DNA of 64,000 nt from Oikopleura dioica. Its lineage: Eukaryota; Animalia; Chordata. The stretch is from the NCBI GenBank assembly GCA_907165135.1, contig OU015567.1, positions 11,284,001-11,348,000 of the forward strand, given 5' to 3'. Shown here in pieces: positions 1 to 14,026 of this stretch. Position numbers and translations under genes: made by a program. How positions within the stretch are numbered: the stretch's first letter is position 1; each line of letters starts with the position of its first letter. Under the pieces are notes generated by a model. It did not search any database, had not been told where the DNA came from, and worked only from the letters and a program-made list of their open reading frames with translations.

Positions 1-941
1 TTATTTTTTTAAGTTAAATCTCTTTTCTTTATTTGTTATAGAAAAGATTATCTCCATCAAAAGCGCATCAAATGCCTATCGATCATCATAAAATCAAGTT
101 TACAACACAACCTCCTTTATTGTCAACAACTCATTACTTGTCTCATAAGAGATCAAAAAATAACGATAACACCGTTCATTAACAATAACAATTACTGATA
201 AGAACAAACAGAAAAAAGCAAAGCGCCCTCTTTTGGAGATTCGTGGTTAGCGCTCGCGCGCCGCGCTTAATCGGCAAAAAAACGCGCTCTGAAGGGAAAA
301 ATCGCTGTTCTTTTTTTCCTTGTTTTTGCTTTTTTGGAAACTCCCTTAATAAGGGACCCTTATTTTTTATCACTATCTGCGTTGAAATAGAGAGATAACG
401 AAGAAGAATTGCCGAAAAGAAAAAGACTCGGAAGAAAAATTACGAAGGCGAATCAATGTGCGTTGTTTGCTAAGTGCGGATTAAAAATCAAAGACACTTT
501 TGAACTTGGGCGCCGATAGAACAACGAAAAACATACATTCCTACTCTCGGTAGTACAGAGAGACCACAGCACAGAGATTTCGCGTGAATAATAAAGAACT
601 TCAGAAGACTGCGATAAAAAGTTTATGGCCGAATAAGGAAGGGATAAATCTTCTATTAAAATTTATAAATGGCCCACTCCTCTAGAAGAAAAAAATTTAA
701 CTAGAAAGGGCATTTTAACTTCTCATTTTGAAAGTTGAATTGAAATGCATTTCTTTGAGAATCAGAAAAAAACGCGTAAAAAGATAGAGACATTTATTGG
801 GTTGATTTGGCCAAAGAAAATTCCCAAGAGAGCGCTCGGAGCCGCATTACCGAGGAATTAGGCAGCTCATCCAAAGGCGCTAAACCTCCAGAGAGACGCC
901 GCAAGAAGAAAAAAGGATGAGAACGCGACGATGAGCTGAAA

Positions 942-3900
942 ATGCAGATTCAGCCGAAATCGGCACTCTTTTGTTTACTTTCTATTCAAGGTAAGAAAAT
1001 TTTTTTAATTGTTTTATGATAAATGGGCAAAAATGAGTGCTTTTCTAATTTTCAAATAATTTGGGAAATCAGCACTTTTCAAGTGTGACTGATCTTGTCT
1101 GAATATATCCGGCGAGTCAGACTGTTCAGACAAATTTTTCTGAAAGAAGCCTCGAGCCCAAAGGTTTTTCTTTTCTTCTTTTGTGATCGCTGAGTTTTAT
1201 GTGGCTGGTAAGATCAAAGGCGAGGAAGAGCGATTTTGTTTAGTTTTTTCTCTCATTCAAGGGAGGTAGTAAAATTTAACCAACGCCAGCGTGTTGACTC
1301 ATGAACTGGACAAGCGCTGCTCATGACATGCCTGGACATTTTCAGATTTATCGGACCTGAAGCCAATTTTCGGAGACCCTTTTTGGCGGGAAGAACTTCG
1401 TCTTTTGATGAATTGCTGGTCTTATTATTACTTTTATTGGAAGACTTTCTGAAGTATAAAACTGTTGTTATCAATTTTCGCTGACGACTTTAATAATTTC
1501 CGTCAAGCTTTTTCGAGGCTTTAGAACTTTTTATAGAATCGTCGCCAACAAGTCCAATTGATCACATTCAACGTCGCGCATTCGTGATCGAGCGAGCCAT
1601 TTCAGACTTGAGATGTTCAAATTTTCAGAGTTTTTTTCTCAAAATTTGGCTTGGATGTTCGCCAATGAGTACGGATGCTGTTGATCAATGAGACGGAGTA
1701 ATTGAAGCGCTCGTTTCAACCCCTTGAAAGGGAATTAACGCGTTTTTTGCATAATTTAGAGCCAATTTAAGTCCATTCTTTTGACGAATTGAGATCAGAG
1801 GGATGCTTGTTTTGAAAGCGGAACTTGTATTTGAACATCTTATAAATACCTTCAAAATAGAGTTTGATTTGTGGCAGAAACTTAAGGCTACGGGGGTCGA
1901 CGAGGCTCTAACCATGGCCTTATTCCGGGAAACTCACAAGAGTTGGAGGCTTGGATCTTTCATTAAGAGTTAATTTGAACCTAGATCTTGATTTGTATAG
2001 AAGAAAATCTTAAGTTTATAGACATTTTCTTGCCAAAAAATCGCTTCAAAGTTGGCATCTCGACCTATATTAGGGTAAAATTGGCTTCAATTCTGAAGAA
2101 TTGAACCTATAAAGCTATGCTTAGTATATTTTTAAATGAAATTTCAAACCTTTTTGAGGCTTTGTATAGAAAGAAATCGTGGATTGAATCAATAAAAATA
2201 TCGAATATAATTTTTTGAAAAGTTGATCTCAGTAAAAATTGCATTTTTTGAAATAACCATAAACGATTTCTGCTCTAAAATCCAAAATATCTGACTACAT
2301 AAAGAACCAAGACAACCATCATATTTCTCGTGCTCTGAGCTTTCGAAAGAGCCCCAAATGACGAAAATCCAAGCCAAAAAAATTTTTTCGGTTAAAGTTC
2401 TAGCGCTCGTATCTCGGAAACTACAAATGATAACGACTCACTTTCAACTGTAAGTCTACTTTATTTTTTGCGGTGAATTCACATGGCATAATGAATATCG
2501 TCATACTTTCAAGTTAAGACCACATATAACGTCGACCCCCGTACCCTTAAGATTCCTTTAAGGTCTGTAAATAAAAACCGGACAAGTCAGGCTTTCAAAC
2601 TTTAGGCCAATAATCTCGACTGAGTCGCATGTTAATCATCCCTAACCGACACGCTCTGTGAAAATAGCTTCGTAATTGAATTAATTGCCAATTTTGGTGT
2701 TAAATGTTCGCGCAAATTATATTCGTAAGGGAAACAATGTCGTTGTTCTTTTTTGCAAATGTTGCCGAATATTGTCATTTTCGCATATTTTCAATGATTT
2801 ATTGGAAATGATTTTTCGCGCTTGAAAAGACCCGGGACAGGTACATCCATAAATAAATCAAGAACGGCATGGTTTTTAGACTGAATTTTTCATCCCCGTT
2901 GTCCGCGCCTTTGCGCGTGGAACAAGGCCAATTCTCTTTGTCATCCAGTTCCTCTTTTGTCAAAAAAGAAACTGTTCTAGCGCTGCTTTTCAAAAACACG
3001 CAGCTGATATCTGCTAGAAAGTTGACCAGTGCGGCAGTAGTATTTAGCCAAAAATTGAAGGTCTCGAAAAAAGCTGTCACGTGGTTGAGTAGACTTTTCA
3101 GGAGATAAGCAAGCGCCTCGAATTCTAGGATTCATCAAGGAAACCAATTTTTACTAATATATTAATTATCGTATTTTGAAGATTACGAAGCATTCATTTT
3201 GACCCAGGAATAGTTTCTGAACACTTATTTTCTTTCTAATTAGTAATCTCATTATCTAAAGAATATAATTAGTTTTATCGAGCGTTGTCGCCGCCCGCAG
3301 CCGGTCAAAGGGCTCAAAGCATGCACCCGCGAAGGAACCGTCGAGTCCCAGGTTCATCACGGAGCCCGAGGGAGCGCTTGGACAGAAGGGCCACACCGTC
3401 AAACTCTACTGCGAGTAAGTCTGCTTTCTTTGAAGAAGCCTGGTGGTCTCCTTAAACACTTCCTAAGGGAGGTAGTTAATTACTAACGCCGCGTGTTCAG
3501 AGTATCAGGATATCCGTATCCTGAAGTGACGTGGTTTTACAACGGTGTCCCCGTCGAACTGAACAACCGACGACTTAGCAATGGCAACGACCTTATGCTC
3601 ATTGACTTTGACGACTCATTAGCTGGATCTTATTTCTGCGAAGCCAAGAATACGCTGGGATCCATCAAGTCGAAAGAAATCGAAGCGAAACTCATCTGTA
3701 AGTCGTTTTTCGTTTGGTTTTGTGGAATTGCTTGATATTTGTAAAATCTGAGGCGAGGAAAAAAACTGTCAAAAATTTACGCGCGGCAATTAGCGAAGAA
3801 CATCTCGGTGATATATCGCGTGGCATTTCACTAAAGGCCAGAATGTTGAAAGCCACAGTTCTGCAAATAGATTTTTGTAACCAATTTACACAGCATAAGC

Positions 3901-6900
3901 GTTTATGCCCCGTTTTAGGGAATAATAAATAAGCCATTCGGGAGGTCTTTAATCAGCCGCTCGGGATTCTCTTTTCCGCTGCTACTAATTAGGTGATTAC
4001 CGGGCTCCTTGTTAGCCAGCAGAGGTTGTTATTAGATGCTGATTGTTTTTTGAAAAGGCCAAGATGAATAACTGCTGTTTTTCGCCGCAGAAATAAGATT
4101 TTTAACCATATTCTTATTCTTGGACTTCTACGGGATTGCTTATTGAATTCTAGCGCTCCTTGCATACCCTCTTGTTTTGAATGGCATCTACTGCATAAGC
4201 AAATCAAATGCGGTCGAAAAGAGAGCGTTAGTCTTTAAAATTAAAATTTCAGAATAGAATCTGAATTCTTCATCTATTTGCACCTATTTCATGCAATATG
4301 CACTCCCGTGAGTTTGATCAACTTGCACATGTTTTCTTGAAACGGGAAGCCATAGAAATGTTCAACAAGTAGAGTCTTTTTTCAAGCTTCTTTCTTGGGA
4401 TGAAAACAGAGAGGATTTCGAATGAGAGAATTAGGGCGAGGATGAGACCGAAGAAGTTCAAGATTAGGAATTATGGTTAGACTTGCCTGATTTTCCCTGA
4501 AATAGTTAAAATTGTATTTATGAGTCAATTTTATTTTATAGAGAAAAAAATATATTTTCGAAAGAAATCATAAACTTGTGGTTTTTAGTTTTCGATGGAA
4601 AATTCAAGGAAGAACCAAGAGCGACAGAAGGAGATGCCGGGTCGGAAGTCCAATTAACTTGTGGCCCTCCTGGTGGCTTTCCAAAGCCGGAAGTCTCCTG
4701 GTACAAGGATGAACAACTGGTTACACCTGACAATCGGCGAATACGCACTGAAATTATGACGAACGGAAAGGAAAGTGGGTCAGTTTTAATGAGTCTGAGA
4801 AATTGTGAAAAAACTGTGTTGACCCTGACTTGAGCACTATTTGGTGATCTCGAAGCTCAAAGAGTCCGACCGAGGATTTTATGTTTGCGTGGCGGAGAAC
4901 TCTGTCGGAAGAAATCAGACGGCGCCTGTGTATCTTCGTGTCAACAGTAAGTACGATCAACTAACAAATGCTTACAACTCTTAACTGCTTCTATCAGACA
5001 GGAGTCCTTATCAAGCTCTATTCCTCGGTCAAGTGAGAATTCCAAATTTCTCGAAAATTTCCACTGTTGACTTATTGATTCAAAAAAGAGCTTCGGTGAC
5101 TCTTTTGATTTTCCATTCATTCGGTCAGGAATTATCCGTTTGTCGGAAAAGTGGCTTTTCACCGCTCGTCCAGGTTGTGGACAAAGCTGGGGCATGTCCA
5201 TTTGATTTCATGGGCACACTCGGCCGGGGACAATAAGCGTTAAACGTCACAATTTGACGATTTGAGGGACCTGTGTTAGGACCCATGGCGCGTTCTGGCA
5301 ACATGGACACGTGCCGGTTGATTGATCGCTAATTTGGGCACACCCAGGCAGCCACGCGCGCCGAGGTTCTGCCTCGTCTTTTGTCGGCGCTTAGATCAAA
5401 CGGCCGCCGTTGTCAGTAAGGCACACAGCTACTAAGTATCTCAAATTTACGGAACACGTTTGAACACTAGAAAAGCAAACATCCGCCGCGAATACTATGT
5501 ATCTGACAGATGAATCGAAACCGCTTGAATACAGGAAATTAACGATTTCAAGTAACTAGAATAATATTCTCTTCCGGCGCTTGAAATGAATAAATAAATG
5601 TACACTTTGAAGTTCAATTGCCAATTCGAAATGTTTTTATTGGACTCTTGCTCAAGAACCTTTGACCAGCTTATTATTAAATACTTATAAAGAGATACTG
5701 CTTATGCTCACCGATCGATCGAAGACTCATCATCATCGAGACTCCTTTTTTGCATCAATCTCGTAAACGCAAGAGTGTCGTATTTAGTAGTAGAAACTAA
5801 ATAATGAACGCGGTTTAGGCGCCTTGCCAGGGACTAATGTAGCAAAATCACGAACGACTACTCGTAGGGGCCATCGATTTTGCCGAAACGAAAATGATCC
5901 TTTCCATTCTTTTCACCAATTTTAGCAGCGTATAAATATAGAACAATCTAATAATGGCTGTCTGAAATCATATAGCTGAACTGTATTGTAATCGACAACC
6001 TGTCAGACTCGCATACAGAATGAAGTTGATCGAAACATATGGCATTGATCTTCTATGATTTCAGTGTTATTTTCAGATCCTCCTTATTTCTTCCAAACAC
6101 TGCCAGAATTCGTTCAAGTGGAGGCAAATGTGGAAGCCGTCCTGCCGTGTCCGATTTCCGGAGAGCCGAAGCCTAAAATTACGTGGACGAGGCTGAACTC
6201 GAACCTGCCGAGCAAGCGCCTTTTCGGGTCAAATGACGAACTAAGAATACCCCAAATGAGTCCTGAAGATCAGGTAAGAGCTTGCGGAAGGTCTATTTAG
6301 CGATTTTGAACGAAAAGAATCAATTTTTTATGATGGTTCTCGACCGGTTAGGGAGCGGTAAATATTTCTACGCACGTGGACCATCTTTTTAAATATACAT
6401 TCACAGGAGTAACACATTTTCTTTCTGAAGGGCATCTACAAATGCACTGGCGAGAACTCGTTGGACTCCATCAGTGGTCAAATTGAACTTCGTTTATCCT
6501 CCGGGCCGAAGTTCCTCTCTTCGCCTAAGAATAAGACAATCCGTGAAGGAAAAGTCGCTCGCTTCTCATGTCGCATAACTGCCATTCCAGCGCCGATCAT
6601 CACGTGGAAAAAAGCCTCCGACATCATCGTGAACGACCGCCATTTTGACGTGAAATCGAATGGAGAATTAACTATTCAAAATGTTGCTGAGAGTGATGCT
6701 GGGGATTATACTTGTATTGGAAAGAATGATTTCGGGCAAATTGAGAAAACCGTCTCGCTAGAAATCACAAAATTTGACCTCAGGTAAGAATTATAATAAT
6801 GACAGTTTTTTGATATTATTCCTTCAGAGAGCCTCCCGTCATCCGTGGAGTAAGCTTTACAGATGGAGCTGTTGCATGTGAAATGCAGAATGCGAATGAG

Positions 6901-9870
6901 AACGACACCGTCTGGAAGTTCAACTCGGATATTCTCCGAACGTCTGCATTCTACACGCCGACCGAGAATGGCACCTACTCATGCTCCGTGAGCAACGACT
7001 ATGGCACGTCTGAATTCTCCTTTGCTTTCCCTCTTCTTGACACAGTATCTGGCATCGTGCGCAATCTCAAGTTACTGCGCACTCAGGCTGACGCAATCAT
7101 CGTCACATTTGATGCTCTGAGTGCTGAGGGCGACGATTTCAGGCAACGGTCAATGTGCCAAGTTTTTTAACTTATAAATTTTTGAGGAGTAATTATTGAT
7201 TCCCTGATCAATCTTTTAGATTCTCCAATGTATAAAACAGGAAAAAAGACCGTGAACAAAGATTATTCCAATTAGACAACAGCTTATCCAAGTTCAAGCC
7301 GATAACAGATCTCAAATCTGACAAAAATCTCAATCCTGACGACTCCGTCACGCGCAAGTTCAAAGTTCATCCTCAGATGCTCCTTGCCGACGAAGGAAGC
7401 TTCCTTATTCAGGACTTATCGTCGAATAGATCTTCTTATACAACAGGACTGATAGATTTGTCAGCTAGAGAGCTTGACCGGTCGATTAATGCAGATGCAC
7501 TTGGGATTCGCCCTTCACGATGTATGCCTGGAGAAGGATTCGTGGAGATCTTCCTTGACTACTCGAGGGTCATTGAAAATGACTGCTCTTCTGGACTCAG
7601 CGTCGTTACTGATGGGCCGGTGAGCGACTTCAAGATGATCAGTTGTGGCTCGAAGAAAACTATAATTGACACAAAGGAAAGAGTGAATTCAAGAATTTCT
7701 GTTCAGACGTGGAAATCTCTTACATTAGTTCAAGCAAGCTCATATATCAAAATTTCATTAAGTTATTCGTATCTCACTCCTTTCAAGCAACGTGGAACCT
7801 TTAAAATTCGCATTGAATCTCGCGAAAACAACGAGCTAGGCGCGTTTTTCATCGTCAAGTCCGACGGCGGCAACTCAATTCCGACCTGCATCGATCAATT
7901 GATCGAGTCTTTCAAAAGCAAAGTCAATGTAGAGACACAAATGGTCGATCTGACTTGGACGAAAAACCCTCTCATCGATGATGTCTTCATTGATTCCTAC
8001 CTCATAATGTGGTCTTCGGTTGCCTTAGAATCGACGAGTCCTGCTCTTCAAGAAGTAGATGATGGACTTAATAGGCCTCGGTTACACCGATAATTTGTAT
8101 TTACTTTCTATTAGATATTTTCATGAACCTCAAAAAAGAGTTCAACATTCAGAAGTTATTCAAGATGCGAATTTCCGCTACAGGCAGGGTCCCTAAATTA
8201 ACAATTTAGAGTGGATACATCATCTCTCTCTTAACTTCGTCAACTAGCCACTACTCCCTTTATAAATCATTCACAAACAAATCTCCATTTCTGCTCTTTT
8301 TTCCATCAACTCACTCAAGGATGTCCTTTGACGCGCGAAATAGAAAATATTTTGAATGGAACGTTTTACTTCCATTCACTTGGTCGGACGGATTTTAAAT
8401 AATCATGAGAGCTTGGCTTTAGGATTTTGAAAGTTGACGTTATCGAGGTTCAGTTCCTGCAGCTTGTCAAAAGAAAGCCGAATATCTGAGATTCTCCAAT
8501 AAAAAAGAAACTTTTCCCGTTTTAAGGAGTCTTAAATTAGCACCCATTTCAAAGTTTACCTCTCACTGCCGAACGAAACTACTCAATAACTGTGACACCG
8601 CTCATTTCGCTTGCTCAAGGGATGCCAGCCAAACTAACAACATCCCCTTCTCCTGACGATTTCTTTCCAAACCTCGTGAGATCGCCGCTGTTCATCGCAA
8701 TCATTTGTGCCGTTTCTGCAATTTTCTTCATCATTGTTGGAGCTGTTGTTTTTCATTGCTTTCGGGCGCCGCTTCCACCTCATAAACGTTGTTACAGGTT
8801 GGAAATAAATGGAGCCATCCTGTATTAACAATTTATACCGTAGGTCGACAGAGCATCACAATGGAACTCGGACAGTTCTGACCAAAGGGACAACCTACGA
8901 CGAACCGCAAAATTGGAACGAGATTCTCGGCCAGAACTTACTCCCTGATCACACAATGCCCATTTCAAATGGCAATCCCTACTCTCGAGGGAATGACCTG
9001 AGTATGAGCTACTTATCGACGAAGAATGACGATATGAGATCATCTCACGCTGACTCGATTAATATACATCATCAGCAAACTCCTGACATTCAATCAGGTG
9101 AAATCATAGAAGAGAATCTTTTTGAGGAAGTAAAACTCATTTCTAGCACATTATACTGTGGCCCCAGTTCAAAGTGAGCTCGTAAAACTCGATCTCCTCG
9201 AAGGAACTTATCTCAACAGCTCAAAAAGGCACTTTCAATCAACTGCAAGAAGTCTTCCACCTCCACCTGCGCTGCCTAGTGCACTTCAAAACTCTTCACA
9301 TTCAAGCAGCATATCGGTGATGTCCAACGGCGATTATCGGGACAGGTTCAACTTTCTACAATTTCTCGTACTTACGAATATCAGTAGATCATCACCTCAC
9401 ATAAGTTCAAATCGGATGACCTATCGACCGCGTCAGATGTCGAATCCGCCCGCCCACTCTGACAGCGACTACCAAGAACTGGAGGTTGACCATTATCAAA
9501 CAGTGCACACAAATCGCTCCAGAAATTCAAATATAATGCCGTACTATGATATCAACGAGTTCAAGCCTCTTTATTCAAACCGCCCTATTTATTCTGAAAT
9601 TCCTACAACCGTAAGTTTAGTTCGTAATATCTGCGCTAAAAGATCAATTTAGAGTCCGTACTAGAGAGGTAAAAGCATTTTTTTGCACTTATGATTCTCG
9701 CACACCCCTATACTGTTGATTATTGTCCACCATTTATCTCCTCAACTCAGCCTCCAATTTTAGAACGATGCGTACAACTACCGCCGAGATACCTCATTTT
9801 ATCTTCAATCAAACAGCGGGGAAACCTGCCCTCCGAATACGCCTCTTTATCGCCAGTAAATGAAGTCTGA
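942..9870 (+). CDS. Robo: Robo-like Ig-superfamily receptor (signal peptide, about 5 Ig, degenerate FN3, TM, Pro/Tyr-rich tail); multi-exon
   Basis: Exon 942-990 spliced to 3273 gives MQIQPKSALFCLLSIQVLSSVVAA. Ig1 reads PRFITEP..VKLYC..G.P.P.V.W. Ig2 CGPPGGFPKPEVSWYKD resembles the Robo CxPPxGxPxP motif. Further Ig exons lie at 6077-7143. TM segment LFIAIICAVSAIFFIIVGAVVF at about 8690; cytoplasmic LPPPPALP; stop TGA at 9868-9870. Confidence 0.7.
1886..2546. mobile_element. Non-autonomous TIR element (MITE) in intron 1 of the Robo-like gene
   Basis: 17-bp terminal inverted repeats GGCTACGGGGGTCGACG / CGTCGACCCCCGTACCC (16/17 match), flanked by TTAA at 1882-1885 and 2547-2550; no long ORF inside. 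Confidence 0.8.
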
Positions 9871-10158
9871 CTCTTATCTTTCCTTGCATGTCCACTTCAA
9901 AAACAACAGTTGTTCACTAGAGTCGAAAAAGTTGACCATTTCATTTTCTGTCGTAGCCTTTGTACACCTACTTTCCTCAAAGAAATAAATACAAATGATA
10001 CTATTTATTGAAGACGAGTAGATGATTTATTAGAATTTGAAATCTATCTGGAAATCGTGGAAATCAAACAGAAGTGCATCGGAACTATTAAATTTTTTGA
10101 ACATAGGGAGCGCAGCGAAAGACAAGAAGAGAGAGAGGGTGGAACGGAAGATGGGATC

Positions 10159-13100
10159 TCAGGAGGTTGATGTTGGGCCGCGGCCATCAGGGGGACCCAT
10201 TTGGTTCATGACCTTATCGAGCCACTCGTAGCATTTGAGGAAGCTGATTTCTATGAAAGCTTTTAGAAAAAGGGAAACATGGTGAATACTAACCTATCCA
10301 GCAAGGACAATCTGTGACAAGCTGCCTTGTGTAATTCTTACCCCATCCTTTTATGAAACTCAATGGGTTAAAACGAGCATGAAATAGCTCAATGGACATG
10401 ATTTTTTTAACCATTCCTGCATCGAACCACGCACATGTTCCCCATATTAGCAACCTGTTGATAAGATGAGACTGGTACAGAAGAATCTTAATTATTATTA
10501 TAAAAAGAAATAACTGAAACGATCTACCAGCTCTGGGAGTGTCGGGACTGAAGATAGAATGCACGCGTTCTTGAAGGTGGTTAGCAAAATTATAGATACA
10601 AAAGATGGCGTTCTTCTCTCCCGGCTGCAGCTTTCTTATTTCTCCGATTTCTAAAAAAAATATTTTGTCTTCCATGATTTCACTTTGATAACCTTTGTTT
10701 TCACGGAGATTCCATTCCATGCTTTGAATGAAGATGCCATAGGGCGAGTTATTTTGCAAGATAAACTCAAAGTTCTCCTTGCGGATTTCAATTCCTCGAC
10801 CAATGTGGTTGAGGAGATTTGAAGCTTTTTGATTTCTGCAAGGATGTGATAAAGACCTTGAATGTTTTCAAACTCACCGTTCAAGATGACTTCTTGAGCG
10901 CAAACAGAACCTGCCATTGTCAAATGGAGAACATCCCCTAAATATTCAAGTTTTGTCTTTTATCAGCATAATGCTCATTTACCCGTCGACTGTCACTGGA
11001 TCAATGTGAGACACAAAGTCTCCAACAAACTTGCTTTCTTCATAATACGCAATTTTGATCCAGTTGCTTGGTTTTGTAGGCGAAGTACAGTTAGTGTCAC
11101 TGTTACTGTTTAAAATTCATCATTACTTTAAATAACCATTGTACGAGGTCTTTTCTTGAAATGAATCTCCATTCCTGTCAACGAGAAACTGTGGCTGAAT
11201 GGAACCAAGATCGTGGTGTCCGCTGTTTGGATCCTGCGGGAGCATTGGTTGTCTATTTCGCCCCGGCGGCACGTGAGGAACATAATTGTTGATCCCGTTA
11301 TTGTTCATCTGATTATCGGGGAGTAGTACCCGCCAGAACCCGGCTGGTTCGAGGTGTCCATGTATTGATCGCCATAGCTAGAAAAGCGTTTTTGAGCAGG
11401 AAAACAAGCTTGAATTCTCGCAAAAAATGAGTAACACGTCGGGCAGACTTGAAAAACATAGCGACTCGTGGTGTATTTCATGGCGAAATTCTCACGCAAG
11501 AAAAAAATTCTTTGGTACAATTTGATAAACTCGCTAAGAATTCCCTCAAAAATTTTGTTCAAAACTGAAGACTAACTAAAAATATTAATTAATGTATCGC
11601 ATGTATACCTCCAGTATGGATGAGGTCTGTGGTATGACATTTTTCTGGCAGTATAAATTTGTGTCTTGTGAGAAGGCAGGGGGAGGATTTCAACTCTCTG
11701 AGGCAACGATTGCGTCTCTGCAAATCAGTGGGTCTGTATTTGTTTGTTTTATGTTTCTAGGCTTTGAAGGAGTGGCGAGCTTCTCGACATTCAGAAAAAG
11801 AGTTCCTCTAGGCGCTAAGGAGCGTGGCTGTTGGCTAGCTGCATGCTTGTAAAATGATAAACGTGTCCAATTCTCGATAAAAAGTTATTTTTCTTTTCGA
11901 CAAAATGCCACCACCCTAGTGGTTCTCCTGTTTGTCTGAAATCAGAATACTTCTTCGCAGATTTCGACCTAGGACCTCTAGGGACGCAGCAACCTGCGCC
12001 CAGAAAAAGTCTAATTAAATTAGACTCAAAGAAAGAAAAAGAGAGTCAAGGATAGATGAATCGCTTTTTTATGCTCTTCGGGATTTTTTATGTTCGCCGA
12101 GTAAACTTGAGTAAAGATAGAAGACCTTCAGACAATTTTTAAAATAAAATTATCGATCAGAATGCGCGCACGTAAGCTAGAATCTTACCCTTGATTTTGA
12201 TGACCTTGGGATGGAGCTGGACCGACGCGTTCTTTTTTCTGTTCGTAGTGGTAGGGGTTGAGGCAGACGTAAGATGTTTGCTGCGATTCAGCTTAAAGAG
12301 TTTTTAACAAAAAATAGACATTTGGGAAGCTGAGAATCGTTTGGAGATTATAGCTCCCATGACGAAAAGGGTCCCAATTAATTAACGATTCCGATAAATA
12401 TGATTTCGATAATTGAATCTCCAAGGATTCATATACTAATAAAGAATGGAATGCGGGGGAACATGACGCTCATAATTACCATATGAGTATCTGCACGTCA
12501 CTCGTGCTTCAAGATCGTGGTAGTTGCTCACGAACCAGTTTCGGAAGATTCTTTGTTCAAGAATTTCCACAAGTCACGCTTGACTGTATGAGTATGCTGC
12601 ATGAAAATCCGTGCCTGAAGTAACACATGTGTGGCACAACTTTCCGTTGGGCTACTTGCATGCGGCCATCGAGTGATCTTTAATTGAGTTAATCCAACGA
12701 TTTTATTAGATACAAGTATATTTTTCAAAAATTTAAGCCTAGGTCATTTTATAGTCAAAATTTGATTAAAATTCATAAATTATGAATCATAATATAAATA
12801 AAAAGTCAAGATCCTTTTCGTGTTTTTAGAATTAATATCACAATTCAAAAATGATAATACGTTTATGTAATAATAAGAAATATCAGAATCTTTATTCATT
12901 TCAAGCTTCAATAAGCTCGATAATAACCAAAGGAACTGATGGTATCTTATTATGGAAATAGCTAATCCAGATGCGATGGTACGACTAGTTCCCAAGTCCA
13001 ACCCGTCTCGGAGACTAAACAAGCAAGAAACTGCTTGGAGCTTGACACAAACTTACTAAGCAGCAGCAATTATTACTGCGAGGCGAATCTTTATGTAACC

Positions 13101-14026
13101 TAGAATAACGGCAATGAATAACTCCGGGTTCCTTGGTATTTTTATGCACAAAGTTTCGCTGTCCCGGTCTCTAATACAGCGGATGAGGTTTTCCAAGCCA
13201 CTTTTATCATCTTTTCTGTGCACTGGGTCATGACGAATATTTTGCATAAACCCTTCCATTGGGTTCTTATTTTGACCCGGTCCTTTTGAGACGTCTCACC
13301 AGCGAGCGTAAAGCAGCAGTTGTTACCTTCAAAGGCTCCAATGTGTTGGAACTTGTCCGATCTGAATTAATTGTACATAACGACGGTTCTTTATAAATAT
13401 TGGGTAAGAGAATTTGAAAGATTAAATAAATTTTCTTTTTATTTCAAATTTCAAAACTGACTCCAAAAGAGTAATAAAACTATAAGAAATAATCAGTTAA
13501 ATTTTTCCCAAAATTCTTCCAGTAAAATAATTTTTTGTCAAGAGTGAATAAGATTCAAGAAAATGTCTATTTTTCGATCTTTAGGAGAGCAAATAAGATT
13601 TTTGAACTGTTAAAATTAACCAATCAGATTTCAGCAGCACTAAAAAACGCCTCGAAAGCAGTTGAAGTTCAAGTCATGCCTCAGCGATTCGAAATGTCCG
13701 ACAAAACACTCATCAAGTTTGTCTGTCTCGGTAAAAATACAATACAGAAGTATCGATACGTACCGAAATGTCCGTTCTGGTTTCGCGTGACGCGCGCTTC
13801 CTTGCTTTCCTTCGTCGTAAACTGCATCAGATAGTCGACGATCTCCTGTTCGTTACTACCAAAATTCATTAATACCCAGTATATAAACGTATAAGAAGAA
13901 CCAGTGCAGCTTTGACTGTTATTGATCAGCCGTGAATCGAGCTGTCTCGCAGACTGACCTATAGTCGGGCTCCTCTGCCATCTCCATATCTTCTGTCGTA
14001 GAGTCGATGTTGTCGTTATTGTTCAT
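10159..14026 (-). CDS. Smad: Divergent Smad (MH1 + linker + MH2); multi-exon
   Basis: MH1: LRSLVRRLKRTG..LENL..CIKIPR/SLDGRMQVAQRKVVPHMCYFR. MH2: WIKIAYYEESKFVG..PVTVDG and [34 protein letters not shown]. C-terminus GPTSTS*. Start at 14026 is inferred. One -1 frame break at G4 11318-11321. Confidence 0.9.

Noticed and set aside
240-300. GTGGTTAGCGC resembling a tRNA D-arm / A-box
   Set aside because: No T-loop (GTTCGA) or acceptor-stem pairing follows; no tRNA, 5S or SL RNA gene could be supported anywhere in the window.
1259-1295. GAGGTAGTA similarity to let-7
   Set aside because: Only the seed region matches and there is no complementary hairpin arm.
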